From positions 74,836,001 to 74,900,000 of the forward strand of contig NW_024704743.1 in the NCBI RefSeq assembly GCF_018977255.1: a stretch of DNA of 64,000 bases. Direction: 5' to 3'. Shown piece after piece: positions 24,556 through 37,197 of the stretch (position 1 is the stretch's first letter; every line of letters starts with the position of its first letter). The translations under genes were made by a program, and so were the position numbers. The notes beneath the pieces are model-generated. The model did no database searches. It worked only from the letters and a program-made list of their open reading frames with translations, and was not told the origin of the DNA. Source of the DNA: Callorhinchus milii (lineage: Eukaryota).

Positions 24556-25719
24556 CTGTGCAAAAGTAAAACAACAAAAATCAATCCTGATATTATGGTA
24601 CTAGGTAACATTGCTATACAAAATGCTTCAATCTCAGTTTTCAGCTAATAGTGAGCTTGAAGCAGGTCAAGGCAGGCATTGAGAAATGTTTGAAACAATT
24701 ACTATCAATTGTGCTATAATAATAATAAACCATTTCTGTAGTTGGGATGTCCTCCCAACGTGAGAGATGCTATACAAATGTTATTTTGTTCTTAAGAGAT
24801 TTTCCACTCTGATCAGTAACCTTCCTCTGCTTTGCACATTATCAATATATTTAGAGCATGGAATAAGAAAAGATCATTTGGCTAAATATTCCTATTACGT
24901 TCACATTTGTTTAATGTGTTCAATCTGGTGAAGAAAGTTTCTTCAAATACTGCCCCTCAAAGAACAAGTACAACAAGCACCAGCAAACCTATCTATTATC
25001 ACATTCTACAGCTATAATGATTAATGGAAAGTATGTCATCTAATTAGACTAGTGCACACTAAATTTTCTTTGAAAGCATTATTTAAAGAATTTATAGAAT
25101 TACGTAGCATAATATTCAATGGGCCCAATTAGACTGTGCCATTCAGTCCAGTTCCATTTCAGGATTATAATTAATTTGCGAAGCATTCAATCAATTTCAG
25201 TTCAGGCATCAAATAAGGCAGTAGCTATTTTACTGAGCTCCTGATCAATTATCTAAGCACAGTATTCAATGCCATTAAAAATTTAATATTTTAATAAGGA
25301 AATAGTCTGAAATTAGATTGTCAGATTCCTTCCTGTATATCACAGGAAGTATGTCACTCCAATCTGCGGATTGATCTACTTTAGAGTGTGAGTTTCCTGT
25401 GATATACTTCAGGCTACCACAAGAAGTCACCATTGGTAATTATTATTAACAAATCTCTGTGTCGAGAGCCACCCTAACGTAGTAATAAATAATAATATGG
25501 ATAGAATTGCAGCTTATGGACCAAGACCTTGCTGCTTCAAATCCAGGTCAATGTTGAGATTGTTGAGTCTGTTCTGTGTGAAACTTTCCATGAAATTTAT
25601 ATGCTGTGTATTTTCTCTTTGCTAGAATGCTCTGGATTCACGGTTAATTTGTGCACCTACATTGAAAACAAACGAGACATAATAAATAATTTCTTTCATT
25701 TACACTAATTTGAGCTCAC

Positions 25720-25777
25720 TTTCTTTCCTGAAGTAAATTCTGCCTTTTCAAATTCTGCCACTTGCTCCAAGAGTTCT
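25720..25777 (-). CDS. LZTFL1: LZTFL1 exon 4
   Basis: tttcag|...|gtgagc; ELLEQVAEFEKAEFTSGKK. Confidence 0.95.
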
Positions 25778-26089
25778 CTGAAATAAAAAAAAGGAAAAGA
25801 ATACATGAGCATATGAGTATTTTTTTAATAAGCAAATTCATTTGTAGGATTTTCCAAATACATTTCTATGCCATATAACAGCTATCAAATAAGCTGTTGT
25901 AAACATGCAATGCCAACTTTATGCATTACAATGCAAATACAATGCATAACCAATTATGAAATATATATTATATATAGATATCTTCCCACTTGTGGGATGA
26001 GGGAAAGCACTGTAGTTCTAAATGATTTATTCATACCGTACCTAAAAGTGGGAATAAATCGACAATCAATATGTACTTTACTTTTTAAT

Positions 26090-26530
26090 TCCACACAGCA
26101 GAATAACGTAATGATAGTATTGGCAAGAGTAGACTAAATGGTCTATCTAGCCATGCAATTATATTACCAAAAGGTTTCTATGCCCATTTAATACATTGTC
26201 ATCTAAGTCATCTAATCTTTGCACAGTAGTCCATGTGCAATATTGTCAAATGCCTTTCTAAAATCCAGAGAAATAAAATCCATCATTTCGCCTTCTCTAG
26301 ATTTGGTCTATAATTTCTTCAAAGAAATCTAATAAATTTGTAAAGTGATATCTTCCATTTCTAAAGGTGTACTAACTGGCTCTGATTAACATTTGCACAT
26401 CAAGATGTCTCTTACACCATCATTTCAAACATTTTTCCTACAATTCTTGAGTCTCCGTGGTCTGTTGTTTGATTGGTTCATTCCTACATTTTTTTAAAAA
26501 TGGGATTTGCATTTGCTATTTTCCACTTCT
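26090..26530 (-). mobile_element. Old CR1 fragments
   Basis: Antisense of the LDFxKAFD region (tgtcaaatgcctttctaaaatccag) plus a CR1 3' end. Confidence 0.6.
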
Positions 26531-26769
26531 CCAGAATTAGCTTTGACAAGAGCAATCAGTTCAAAAGCTTTTTATTTAATTTTTAAAAATTATTATGAAC
26601 AGAAGAACTTACTAGAGAATAACCCCATTATAATGCAATCATCCTGGTCAAATATCTCAACGGCCCTGTTAAAACTATGCGGAAAAAGTACACATTTTGG
26701 GCTGTCAGAGAGCTGTGTGCACGATTTTAATGACTTTATTGATTGCTAGCATACTTCCTGCAATGCTGC

Positions 26770-27115
26770 ATCCGAGCTGGGAGTTGGGATCGGGGAGGGT
26801 GGAGGGCAGGGGGTGGGGGAAGGAGTATGACCAAAGGTACGGTTGAAGAGGAGGTTCTGGAGACGGGTCTTGAAGGAGGCAAGGGAGTGGGCGAGGCGGA
26901 GAGACGGCAGGATGGAGCTTCAGAGGGTGGGAGCAGAGTGGCTGAAGGCCCGCCCACCAATGGTAGGGCAGGCAAGCCGGGGGACGTGAAGCAGGTCGGA
27001 GCCCACTGAGCAGAGGGAGCAGACATGTTGGTAGGGGGTTAGGAGGTCACAGAGGTAGGGAGGAGCAAGACTGTGAAGGGCTTTGAAGGTGAGGACCAGG
27101 ATCTTGAACTGTGGG
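26770..27115 (-). mobile_element. L2 LINE 3' fragment
   Basis: [26 protein letters not shown]...TIGGRAFSHSAPTL. Confidence 0.85.
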
Positions 27116-28997
27116 TGGGGGCAGAATGGCTGAAAGCCCATCATGGGGGATGATGGCAAGTATACTGGACTTCCACATGAAAAATAAACCTGAACTCTAG
27201 TAAAGCACATTATAACAGAATACTATTAACAGAGTAATTGGGGAACAGATGCTGATGGTATGAAGCCACTGAAAACCATGGAGAAGAAGTTCCAACAAAG
27301 AAATCAAACAAATTTGAAAGGATAGTTTCAGAATTTTGCTGAATCACTGTAGAGGTAAGACTGTTTTTTTTCCAGGATCATGAAAGTGCTTAAAGATTTG
27401 TTAACCTATGCCTGAAATGATGGCTAAATAAAGATTATGTTGATGAAAAAGCTTGATGATATTGATCAAATATTTACAATTATGTTTATTTAATTATTAA
27501 GTATTGAAATATACATTTTATTTGTGTATAGTTCATTGGTCACGGTGAAATTATACATAAAACACTGTGTACAAAAAATTCAACTGGCAAGGTCAATTGT
27601 GCAGTTTAGGCATCCAATCTGCAAAGGACTTTAAAACTTTAGAGAGGTATTAGGTAACACTGCACCCAAAGCAGCAAAGGTTGCACACAGAAGACAACCA
27701 CTTCACAAATGAAATGACGTTTAAAAACTATATGGAGGACTTCAGGTTAACGTCTCATCTAAAGGATGGCACCTCCAAAAATGCAAAATAACCCCAGTAC
27801 TGCATTGGAGTGTCAGCTCAGGGTTCCAACTCCTGACATGAAGCTTAAATTAACAACTTTCTGACTCAGGCGAGAATGCTATCAGCTGCGTCGGGCTAAC
27901 ATATGGAAGCTATCAGGTTAGTTGACATTTGGATATCATAGAACTGCACACAGCTTGATAGATTGTTAATGAAGTGATGAAGCAGCTTCACACGCTCCTC
28001 CAGTACGCTTTGAGATGACATCAGTCTTGCACAGGTGATAAACCCATAGTCAGATTTTCTGGGATATACATTGTACACAGGCATGGGATCCAGCAACAAG
28101 AAAAAGGTCTTCCTGTCATGCAGTGCTGGTTCTAATCCAGGTGGTAAATCTTCATTAGTTGAATCAGATTCCTTTTTTCCTACGAATTTTAAATTCCTCT
28201 TCACCTAGTTAGGGTCCTCCTCCAAAATGGTTATTGCCTCAGAAATGGGCAGAACGAGATGAATTTATCTGTGGACATTGGACATAAGGATATCGTTCTA
28301 TTAGCAGCTTTAGACTAAGCATGTATTGGAAATATAGGATAGCTATGGTTACAAAATGCATGAATGTGTAAAGTCCAAATTCAGTTGAGGATTTTTTTTA
28401 CAGAGCTTTCAGGTTCCTCAATAAATTTAGAACAGTAAGCTAATTAAGGTAGATATATTGAAAGGCCAAACAAAATATTTTAAAAGTTGTTTTCAAACTT
28501 ACCAGACTCCTCAGCCTCTAAGGAAGTGCCGTCTTCCCGGTAAAACAGTAGTAATGTTTAGGTAGTGATACACAGCAAGCAAAGGCTGAAAGGAAGTATT
28601 AGCCCACTTAAAAAATAATAATGGAAAGCTAGAATCCAGAAACATTGGAGAAGAATGATTAAATATTTATCTCTTATTCATCTTAACTCAGAAAGAAGTG
28701 GGAAAGATGCCTTAAGGCATAAACCGTATTCTGAGCACAATAGAGAAGCACAACAGCATACAACTGTGAATACTATTGTGAGAAGGGCAGGTGAGCTTAA
28801 ACTACACAATGTACAAAGTGCCAATAACAAGGTGCAGATGCATCCAGAATTTTTTTTTGAAGAAAAATGTGTAAAATTCGAAACTCTTTAATTGATATTT
28901 TTGTATGTTCATATAGACTTGAAAAGCAGCTAATGTAACTTATTTACTTAAAATGATCACAAGACATACCAGAAAATTAGCAGACCAATAAATGACA

Positions 28998-29400
28998 CGT
29001 CAGCTTGGCTCGGATGGTAGCACTCTTGCCTCTGGGGTAGAAGGTTATGAATTCAAGTCCCATGCTGGAATGTTTATAGTCCAGAGCTCACTGTCTGGGC
29101 TGACACTGCAGTACAGTTTTGTAGGGAGAGCATAGTATTGTTGCAGGTACCATCTATCACATGATATTTATCTGTCTGTCTTCAAGTGACATTAAAGATC
29201 CCAAACACTATTCAAAAAAAGTTTCTCCCAATGCCCTGGGCAACAGGTCCTCATGATAATTAGATATTCACCTCATCACTGTTTTCAGAGCTTTTCTGAT
29301 ACAAATTCTGCTCCACGTGCCTACAAACAGTCTACTACACTTGAGAGTAATTAATGTGAAGCTCTTTGATATTTCGACTTGATAAGGCGCTATAAAAATA
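28998..29400 (+). mobile_element. Old SacSINE1/Deu-type SINE
   Basis: ggctcggatggtagcactcttgcctctggggtagaaggttatgaattcaagtccc...gctgacactgcagtacag...aaagatccca...gataaggcgctataaaaat. Confidence 0.7.
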
Positions 29401-29454
29401 TATGTTCTATTTTCTTTCTAAATGTACCTTAATTTGTTGGAAATTAAGGTACAT

Positions 29455-30186
29455 TTCATTTCGCCTCTCCTCTGACCTCAATCTTCACGGCTCTGTCCTT
29501 GACTGGTTCAGATCATATCTCTCACACCGCCTCCACTTCATCTCCACAAATGGTTTCTTTTCTAGCCCCCGCACAATCTCATGCAGCATTCCTCAGGGCT
29601 CTGTCCTCGGTCCCCTCCTCTTCAATATCCATATGCTCCTTCTTGGTGACATCATCCGCAGACATGGGGTCAACTTCCACATGTATGCGGATGACACCCA
29701 ACTGTACCTCTCTGCCTCCACCCTTCCCATCCTTGCCCGACTCCACTGGCTCCCCATCACACAGAGGATACAGTTCAAGATCCTGGTCCTCATCTTCAAA
29801 GCCCTCCATGGTTTTGCTTCCCCTACCTCTGTGACCTCCTAACTCCCTACCATCCTACCCACTCCCTACGCTCAGTGGGCTCCAGCCTGCTTCATGTCCC
29901 CCGCCTCGCTCTCCCCACTATTGGCAGGCAGGCCTTCTGCCACTCTGCCCCCACCCCCTGGAACTCCATCCCACAGTCCCTAAACCTCGCCCCCCTCCGT
30001 TGCCTCCTTCAAGACCCATCTCAAGGCCCTCTTCGACCGTGCTTTCAATCACTCTGCTTTCCCTGCCCTCCACCCTCCCCGATCCCGACCCCCAGCTCCG
30101 GTCCGAAACACTGACTGTCCAGCGCCTTGGGACGTCCTCCTGACATGAAAGGCTCTACACAAATGTAATTTTGTTGTTGTTGTTGT
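29455..30186 (+). mobile_element. L2 LINE fragment (RT core joined to the 3' end)
   Basis: ORF 29402-29842 ([12 protein letters not shown]...YADDTQLY...LHWLPI); (ttg)n tail. Confidence 0.9.
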
Positions 30187-30933
30187 AAAAACATCTTTAA
30201 AAGTATATTGAGATAATTCATGAGTTAACACTGTAATACGTAACTAAGGACATCGTAGACCCAGAAAAGAGAGCTAATGGTTAACCTGCTTGAATATTTC
30301 ACAAACATTGCTGATTGAAGAATATAGTTGTTAGAGACTTACATTTTCAGAAAGAGCTTAAGTTTCGACATTGATTTTCAACCATATTTTTGGTCACCAT
30401 CCCCCCGACCCCATCCCTCACCTTCCTCAGCTGCCCCCATCCCCAGATCGTGCTCCCAGTCAGCTCTGTAAAATACTTTGAGACATCTTCCGAAGTGAAA
30501 GGGGCTATATAAATGTAAAATGGTAACTGTTGGTGATTAATGGCTACGGTAAAGGTCAATGTGTGATGCTGAATGATCATCTTAAAAACTTTTGCTGCTT
30601 CCCATAACACATGACACCAGAGTGGCCTTGCAAGAAAGGAGGCAATTCACAGATCTTGTATTTGTTGCCATATAGGAAAAGTACTGTTTTGTTACTTTAG
30701 GGTTGCAGCAATTTGAACGGCATTGATCACATTACAATTCCCGTCAATCCTAGATAAACTCAGGGCAGAGCTCTTGCTGATTATTATGACATATTTCTAG
30801 TTGCCAGGGGCAGTTGCCATTTGCACAATTCAGTTTCCTAATTAAAGAATCCCACTAAGAAATATTGCAAATTATACTCCAGTCACTTTTCTTAACTTCT
30901 AATAGAAGTACTTTGAGGAAAGGAACACCCTCT

Positions 30934-31252
30934 GGAGTCCTGTAGCTCAGTGGGTAGAGCATTCGCTTTGCAAGCGAGAGACCCGAGTTCAATTCCAGGC
31001 AGAGGGCGAAACCTTGGGCAAGTTTCCTTACTCCACACAGAGCCTAATAATAATCCCTCCAAAACCAAAAACAATAATAAATTGGTCATTTTCAATCTAC
31101 GACTGTTTGTGGGACATTGCTGTGCGCAATTGGCTGCCGTGTTTGCCCACAAATATACAGTCAATTCACTTTACAGTGTGTTCTGTGAAGCGCTTTGGGA
31201 CGTCCTCCCGATGTGAAAAGCGCTATATCAAATGCAAGGATTATTATTATTA
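30934..31252 (+). mobile_element. tRNA(Ala-like)-derived SINE, young short subtype, full length
   Basis: GGAGTCCTGTAGCTCAGTGGGTAGAGCATTCGCTTTGCAAGCGAGAGACCCGAGTTCAATTCC head with A and B boxes; the tail matches the L2 3' end. Confidence 0.9.
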
Positions 31253-32022
31253 TACTTATTTCCCCTTCAAAGTGTAATTTAATCTGTAAATGAACAGTAA
31301 TTGCTGTGAATGAAAGGTGCAAGTCCTCAGCATTATAAACATTTGATAGCAGGTTTTTTTAACCTTGGTGCGTTTTAATCTGGTAAATCAATTGCAGCAA
31401 CTGTTGTTCCTCTTCACTATGCTTTAAATAGCTATGACTTCAAGTAGAAGCCCTACAACAGGGTCAAATCCTATGCCAAATCTGAGTCTGGAGGTCTCTT
31501 ACAACATTGGCTGAAGACTTAAAAATCTGAAGAACCAAAGAGGATAACCTCACAAAGGTGGCACTGGGTTGAGTAATTCAAGGAAATAAAGAGAGAAGGG
31601 AAGGAAAATCACACCTAAAATACTGAAGGAAGCATACTGAATTGCTCCATTGGATGACTAGCTGAAATTCAAAGGTACAATATATAATATATATAAAATA
31701 AACAAGAGCGGATAATACAAAGAGAATTGAATATGAGGTCTGAACAAAAGGTATACTAGTTATTATTCCATATATATTATGACGTGCCCATGGGCAACAC
31801 CAAGCAAGAGCTTTTGCAGGGCCTTGCACACTGCTATTCAAATCCGTTGATCAAGTATCAATGTGCTGATAGTTAATTTTATAATGTCCAAAACATTAAA
31901 AACAATTATTACTTATTAAATACATTTCAATGTCTAGATTACAAACAATAAAATTTGAATGAACTGTTTTTCAAACAAACTTACAACTCTCTTTGAAATA
32001 AAATGACTCCAAAGTGATTTAC

Positions 32023-32217
32023 CTGTTTTCCAGCTCAGAGATATCTGTTTGTAGTTTCAGGTACCATTTCTCAGATTGAGATAAGAGTTGGCGTAGAAGC
32101 AGCACATTAGTGTAGGCAGTGTTGATGAGCTCTGACTCCACCTCACTGTGAACCACAACCTGTAGTCCATCTAACATCTCTGTCAGTTCATCCACTGTGA
32201 ACGTGTCTTCTGTCAGC
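32023..32217 (-). CDS. LZTFL1: LZTFL1 exon 3
   Basis: ccag|...|gtaaat; LTEDTFTVDELTEMLDGLQVVVHSEVESELINTAYTNVLLLRQLLSQSEKWYLKLQTDISELENR. Confidence 0.97.
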
Positions 32218-32946
32218 CTGGCACATACAAAAAGTCACTAAGAGGCTGAATGGAGAACAATTCAAGAGCGCAAATCAATTATCTCTTTTTTCCCCAGAGC
32301 CGCTCTAGATGAGCATTTCATAAACACCTCAAGTCAGAAGACAGGCTGAAGGGGAGCATTCTGTATTGAGAGCTAAAGCCTGGAAATAGTTACCAATGTG
32401 TTTTTTGTGGGGTGGACAGATGGTGATATAAAAATAGATAGCCTTGGAAATAGATTTTTTTTAGGTCTATTGTATGGAATCTTTAGGTCGATCGCTGCCA
32501 CAGTGCCAGATTTATCCAAAATAGTGAATATCTTAGCTAATCTTAAATATTTCTCATTTATCACATTGAATCCCTTTAAATCTAAAATGTGACAATAACC
32601 ATTAGATTTTTTTAAGTACTATGAAACGACTGAACAGTACCCTTCTTCTCTGTCATTGTGCTGCTCTTTCCTAGTTCGGTGGAGTGCAGATGCTTTCTGT
32701 CAGAAACTGTGACAGATGAGGTTATGCTGAGGTTTGATTTGAAAATCAGGGTGACATTCCTCAACAATGAAGGGAATATCCCCTGCTAATTCAATAACAA
32801 CTTGCATTTATATAGCGCTTTCCATGCCAATTGACATCTCGGAGGACTTAATGGATTTGGTTGCAATTTTCTCCCAGGTGGCTGCAAAATAAATCAATTG
32901 AATATTCAGTGGAACCAGGCTGAGGAAATCGCTGTGGGGATGAGGA

Positions 32947-33170
32947 AACAACAACAACAAAATTACATTTGTATAGTGCCTTTCACGTCAGGAGGATCTT
33001 CCAAGGCGCTGGACAGTCAGTGTTTCGGCCCCATGTTGGGGGTCAGGATTCGGGAGCAAGAAGGGCGGGGGGAGAAGGAAGGTGATCAATAGATCGGTTG
33101 AAGAGGAGGGTCTTGAGATGGGTTTTGAGGAGGCAAAGGAGGCGACAGGACTGTGGTATGGAGTTTCAGC
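32947..33170 (-). mobile_element. L2 LINE 3' fragment
   Basis: (caa)n aattacatttgtatagtgcctttcacgtc, the antisense L2 tail. Confidence 0.8.
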
Positions 33171-34405
33171 AAAGGGTAGCTGTAAAGGCAGAGTTTGTAT
33201 ACTGCCATTAAAGACAATGAAAAGTCATTATGGCTGTCTTGTAATCCACAACAGGGCTGCTGAAATAAATATACGCGCCTCTGCAGTGTCCAGGGAAAGT
33301 AAAATTATCCTCTGAACAACAATCTCCCACAAGGGACTGTACCAAGGACAATTATCAGGCACTGACTCTTAAAGCTTTCAAGTACTGTACTGTAGTTCTT
33401 TCGGATTCCCCAATAACCTTTTCCTTCAGAGTGCATTTGTAACAGATTAAGTAATTCTTCAGGGACCTTTTAAACTGCAACCAGGTCCAACTTCAATGGA
33501 TCCTGTTCCCATGTCTGGGATATTCACAACTGCCTTCAGTTATACCAATGTTACTATATGAGCTCCTCTTTGCGGGTAAGGAGAGGCAGTCGTGTCAGTT
33601 GCTGCGATCCTGACAGATGAGGTTATGGTGCGAAACCTGTGTCTGGTAAAACATGTCACATATTGGCATCCTAATGGTCAAATATACTTTCCCCACAAGG
33701 ATAATGTTAAATTTTCTCTCATGGGATATGGCTCGTGACAGGAATATTATTATACTCAGACAAGAACTTTAAAACTTCAGAATATGGTCCTATAGTAATT
33801 CCGCTCAGGCTCTGGGACTTCATATGCTTTCTATACATAGGCCATTAATGAAAATTGCTTAGACCAGTCCAGGGAGGCAACTTGTGTGAATATCCGTAGA
33901 TAGTTAGAAGTACAAACACTTAAAATCTCTCTTGTAAAGTTGACAATATCTCATAGAGCCTAAGGTACCTCACTTTGCTTTCTGCCACATTAACATTGGG
34001 CTTAACCCTGAACTCATGCCCTTGGTTGCAAGATCAGCAACCGTTTCAAGGTCCTCCCTCTGAATATTCAATATCTCACACCTGAGTATCTAATTGGCAA
34101 GGTGAAAGGTCCTGCCAATAGTTAATTGACCAGTGAGCAGACTGAATGTTCAAGGTAATTTATTGTGGTGGAGGTAAGTGCAGCTACACCTTGGGCATAT
34201 CTGCCCAGAGGAACTGACGTTCAGAATTCAGTGTTCAGTTTACTTTGTTGCAGTGAACAGTTCTCTCAGTTAATTATGATGACTGTGATGGGTGGACAGT
34301 AGGGTAGAAGGATGGACGAGATCAAATGGGCCGAAGGGCTTTCTTCACCTTGTGATACACAAACATTGCCTCGTGTTGCTTCTTCTAATCAAGCAATATT
34401 CTCAC

Positions 34406-34530
34406 CTGCTGTCTTTAAGGTCCTGAAAGCAGGAGTCAACAGTTTTCAGCCTCACTGTTCGTTTTGAACGAGCAAAGCGCATGTAGTTGATTACTTCATT
34501 TTGATGGTGTTCATTTAGCCCTAGTTCAGC
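34406..34530 (-). CDS. LZTFL1: LZTFL1 exon 2
   Basis: ttttag|GCTGAACTAGGG...GACAGCAG|gtgag; AELGLNEHHQNEVINYMRFARSKRTVRLKTVDSCFQDLKDSR. Confidence 0.97.
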
Positions 34531-35159
34531 CTAAAACAAACAATTTTAAAAAAAATCTGAACTATCAAAATAAATGTTCAACATTTAGCAAATCATTTAA
34601 ATTTGAAACTTAATCTCAAAATCAGGAGTACGGGGAAAAAAACTAAAACTGTTATACAGAATTATAATTGAACACTTTCATATATTGTTTATGTTGCACG
34701 TTTTGAGGACTGCAGAATATTGGCTTCCAGGATTTATTCATCCCATGAAGGAGCTGAATGAAGATCACTTGATACCACAAATAACCAGGAGATTTCAGCC
34801 ATGTGTACACATACATTAACTGAGCTTCATGTCACATACACAACAACATCAGTTGATGCAGGTTTCATTGTTTCTAAATTTAACCCTTGCTAACAATTCA
34901 TTATATTCTCTGCACTTCAGCTCCAAATCTCCAACGTTTTTCCTTTTTCTGAATAAGATAGATTGCCTTTCTCTTCTAAAGGAACATGAATGCCAGGTCA
35001 GATACACCAGTTCAGTGGCTATTATTCACATGTAAGCCTGGAAGTGCGTGACCAATGAGGGGGTGTGGTGGGGGGGGGGGGTTGTGGGGGAGTAAGGTCT
35101 GATCTGGGGAGCCAGAATTTCTGGTTGTGTAATTACAATGCCGGAACCATCGGAAAAAT

Positions 35160-35486
35160 CCTTGCATTTGATATAGTACGTTATCACATCTTCAAGACGT
35201 CTCAAAACGCTCCACAGACGATACTGTAAAGTGATTTAACTGTATATTTTGTGGGCAAAACGCAGCAGCCAATTGCTGGACATCAGTGTCCCACAAACAG
35301 TCGTAGAATTTTTTAAAGGATTATAGCTCCCAGAAAAGCGATCCGTCAATCGACTAACAAGCGGGTTCCTACTGACTGCTGGGTAAATAGAGGCGTGTAG
35401 AGTAAGGAAACTTGCCTAATGTTTTGCCTTGCCGGGAATTAAACCTGCTTGCGAGTCGAGTGCTCTAACCAATATGCTACAGGACA
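35160..35486 (-). mobile_element. tRNA-derived SINE (long subtype)
   Basis: Antisense copy of the same family. Confidence 0.85.
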
Positions 35487-35671
35487 CCACAAATGTCTGT
35501 ACAGGCAGTGTAATTGTGTGAATCGTGTAAGCAGAAGATAGCAAATAAGCTTCTCTCAGGATTCAAACTGAATCAAAGTCGGTCCCTTGCCAGTAGAATA
35601 GCGAGGTGGGTGCTGCTAGGAGAGTGGCCGGTGGGAGTAACGGTCCTGGGGATTTTGTTTTGTTAAATTTT

Positions 35672-35728
35672 GTGTGTCCGGCCTGGTCCAGTTACATCCG
35701 AATTCCAGATACCCGAGGATTTACTGTA
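35672..35728. mobile_element. pogo/Tigger-like DNA transposon terminus (one end only)
   Basis: Reverse complement reads TA-CAGTAAATCCTCGGGTATCTGGAATTCGGA, resembling Tigger-type TIRs. No partner end was seen. Confidence 0.45.
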
Positions 35729-36348
35729 TGTACATAAATCACAGCTATATGACCATGGAAAGCAAGGCAGTCAAACCCGATCCCTCTCTCCTTATGTTCA
35801 CGACAAACCCAATCCTTTTTCTCCGAGTGTTCATGAGAGATCACTGGATGGAGATCAGGAGAGACAACTAGGTGATATTCATGTCCCTAACAAGGGGCAC
35901 TGAGGCAAACTGCAGTAGTATTCATACTCTTAAACTGGAACGAATGAATCAATTCAGCAAAGACCAGTGATTGAATTAAGATCTTCCTAGGTTGCGAGGC
36001 TCAATTCCTCACTCAATAATCTTGTTGAGTCCATCAGAGGCATTTCTCTGCACTTTATATATGAACATTCGTTCAAAAATAGCCTTTACAATTTACAGTA
36101 AATACTGTGAAGTGCTTTGATATGTCCTGCCAATACGTAAAATGATATATCAAATGCAAGATTTTATAGGATTATTAGATCTCATAAAATGCTCTTTAGC
36201 ACTTCCCCACTACAGATATGTAGTCTAACTGTTCCATAATTGCTGACTTCATGTTTTATGCTAGTTTTGAAAAAATTAGGAGATTAATTGCTTTCCCGAA
36301 GCATCCGGTCCGAACAATATTTCAAAGCTTAACCTTAACTAGTTGTTA

Positions 36349-37197
36349 AGGGCCAACTTTCTCCAACTCAACGTTAACAAGACTGAGGCCCTCCTGATTG
36401 CCAGGCGCTGGCAGCATCAGCCTCCACGGCTGCACACTCAACCTCACTAAGCCAGTCAGGAACCTGGGTGTCTTGTTTGACTCTGAACTGTCCTTTCTCC
36501 CCCACATCTGCGCAATGACCGTCACTGCTCACCACCACCTCCGCAACATTGCCAGACTCCGCCACTGCCTCACCCCTCAGGCTGCCAAAACCCTCATCCA
36601 CGCATTCGTCACATCAAGGCTCGATTACGGGAACTCCCTCCTCATCGGCCTTCCCAACTCTTCCCTTCACAAGCTGCAGGTCATCCAAAACTCTGCAGCT
36701 CGTGTACTCTCACGCACCAGGCTCCGTGACCCCATCACTCCCACCCTCGCCCGACTCCACTGGCTCCCCATCCCCCAGAGGATCAAGTTCAAGATCCTCG
36801 TCCTCACCTTTAAGGCCATCCATGGCCTTGCTCCCTCCTACCTCTCTGACCTGCTGACTCCCTACCAACCTGCCCGCTCACTCCGTTCAGTGGGCCCCGG
36901 TCTGCTCCATGTCTCCTGCCTTACCATCAGTGGCCGAGCTTTCAGCCTCTCTGCCCCCACACTCTGGAACTCCATCCCACGGTCCCTTCGCCTCACTTCC
37001 TCCTTTGCCTCCTTCAAGGCCGGTCTCAAGACCCTTCTCTTCGACCGTGCCTTTGGTCTCCCTCCCACCTGTCTGCCTTCCCTCACCCCTACACCACCCC
37101 TCCCCCATTGCTCGAGCTCCGACATCTGACTGTTCAGAGCTTTGGGACGTCCTCCCGACGTGAAAGGCGCTCTATAAATGTAATTTTGTTGTTGTTA
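36349..37197 (+). mobile_element. L2 LINE 3' ~850 bp, relatively intact
   Basis: ORF 36398-37129 (VRNLGVLFD...IHAFVTSRLDYGNSLL...LHWLPI...GRAFS); tail ttgggacgtcctcccgacgtgaaaggcgc...(ttg)n. Confidence 0.92.

Noticed and set aside
27279..27299. 19/21-nt antisense match to LZTFL1 exon 9 (EKKFQQ)
   Set aside because: Too short and purine-rich, with no flanking similarity; compatible with chance.
30934..31010. tRNA-Ala-like gene
   Set aside because: It is a SINE head: no proper acceptor stem, and it continues into the SINE body in many copies.
33513..33901. Weak inverted repeat (ggatattcaca..tgcct / aggca..tgtgaatatcc)
   Set aside because: Short and gapped with no TSD; an element could not be defined from sequence alone.
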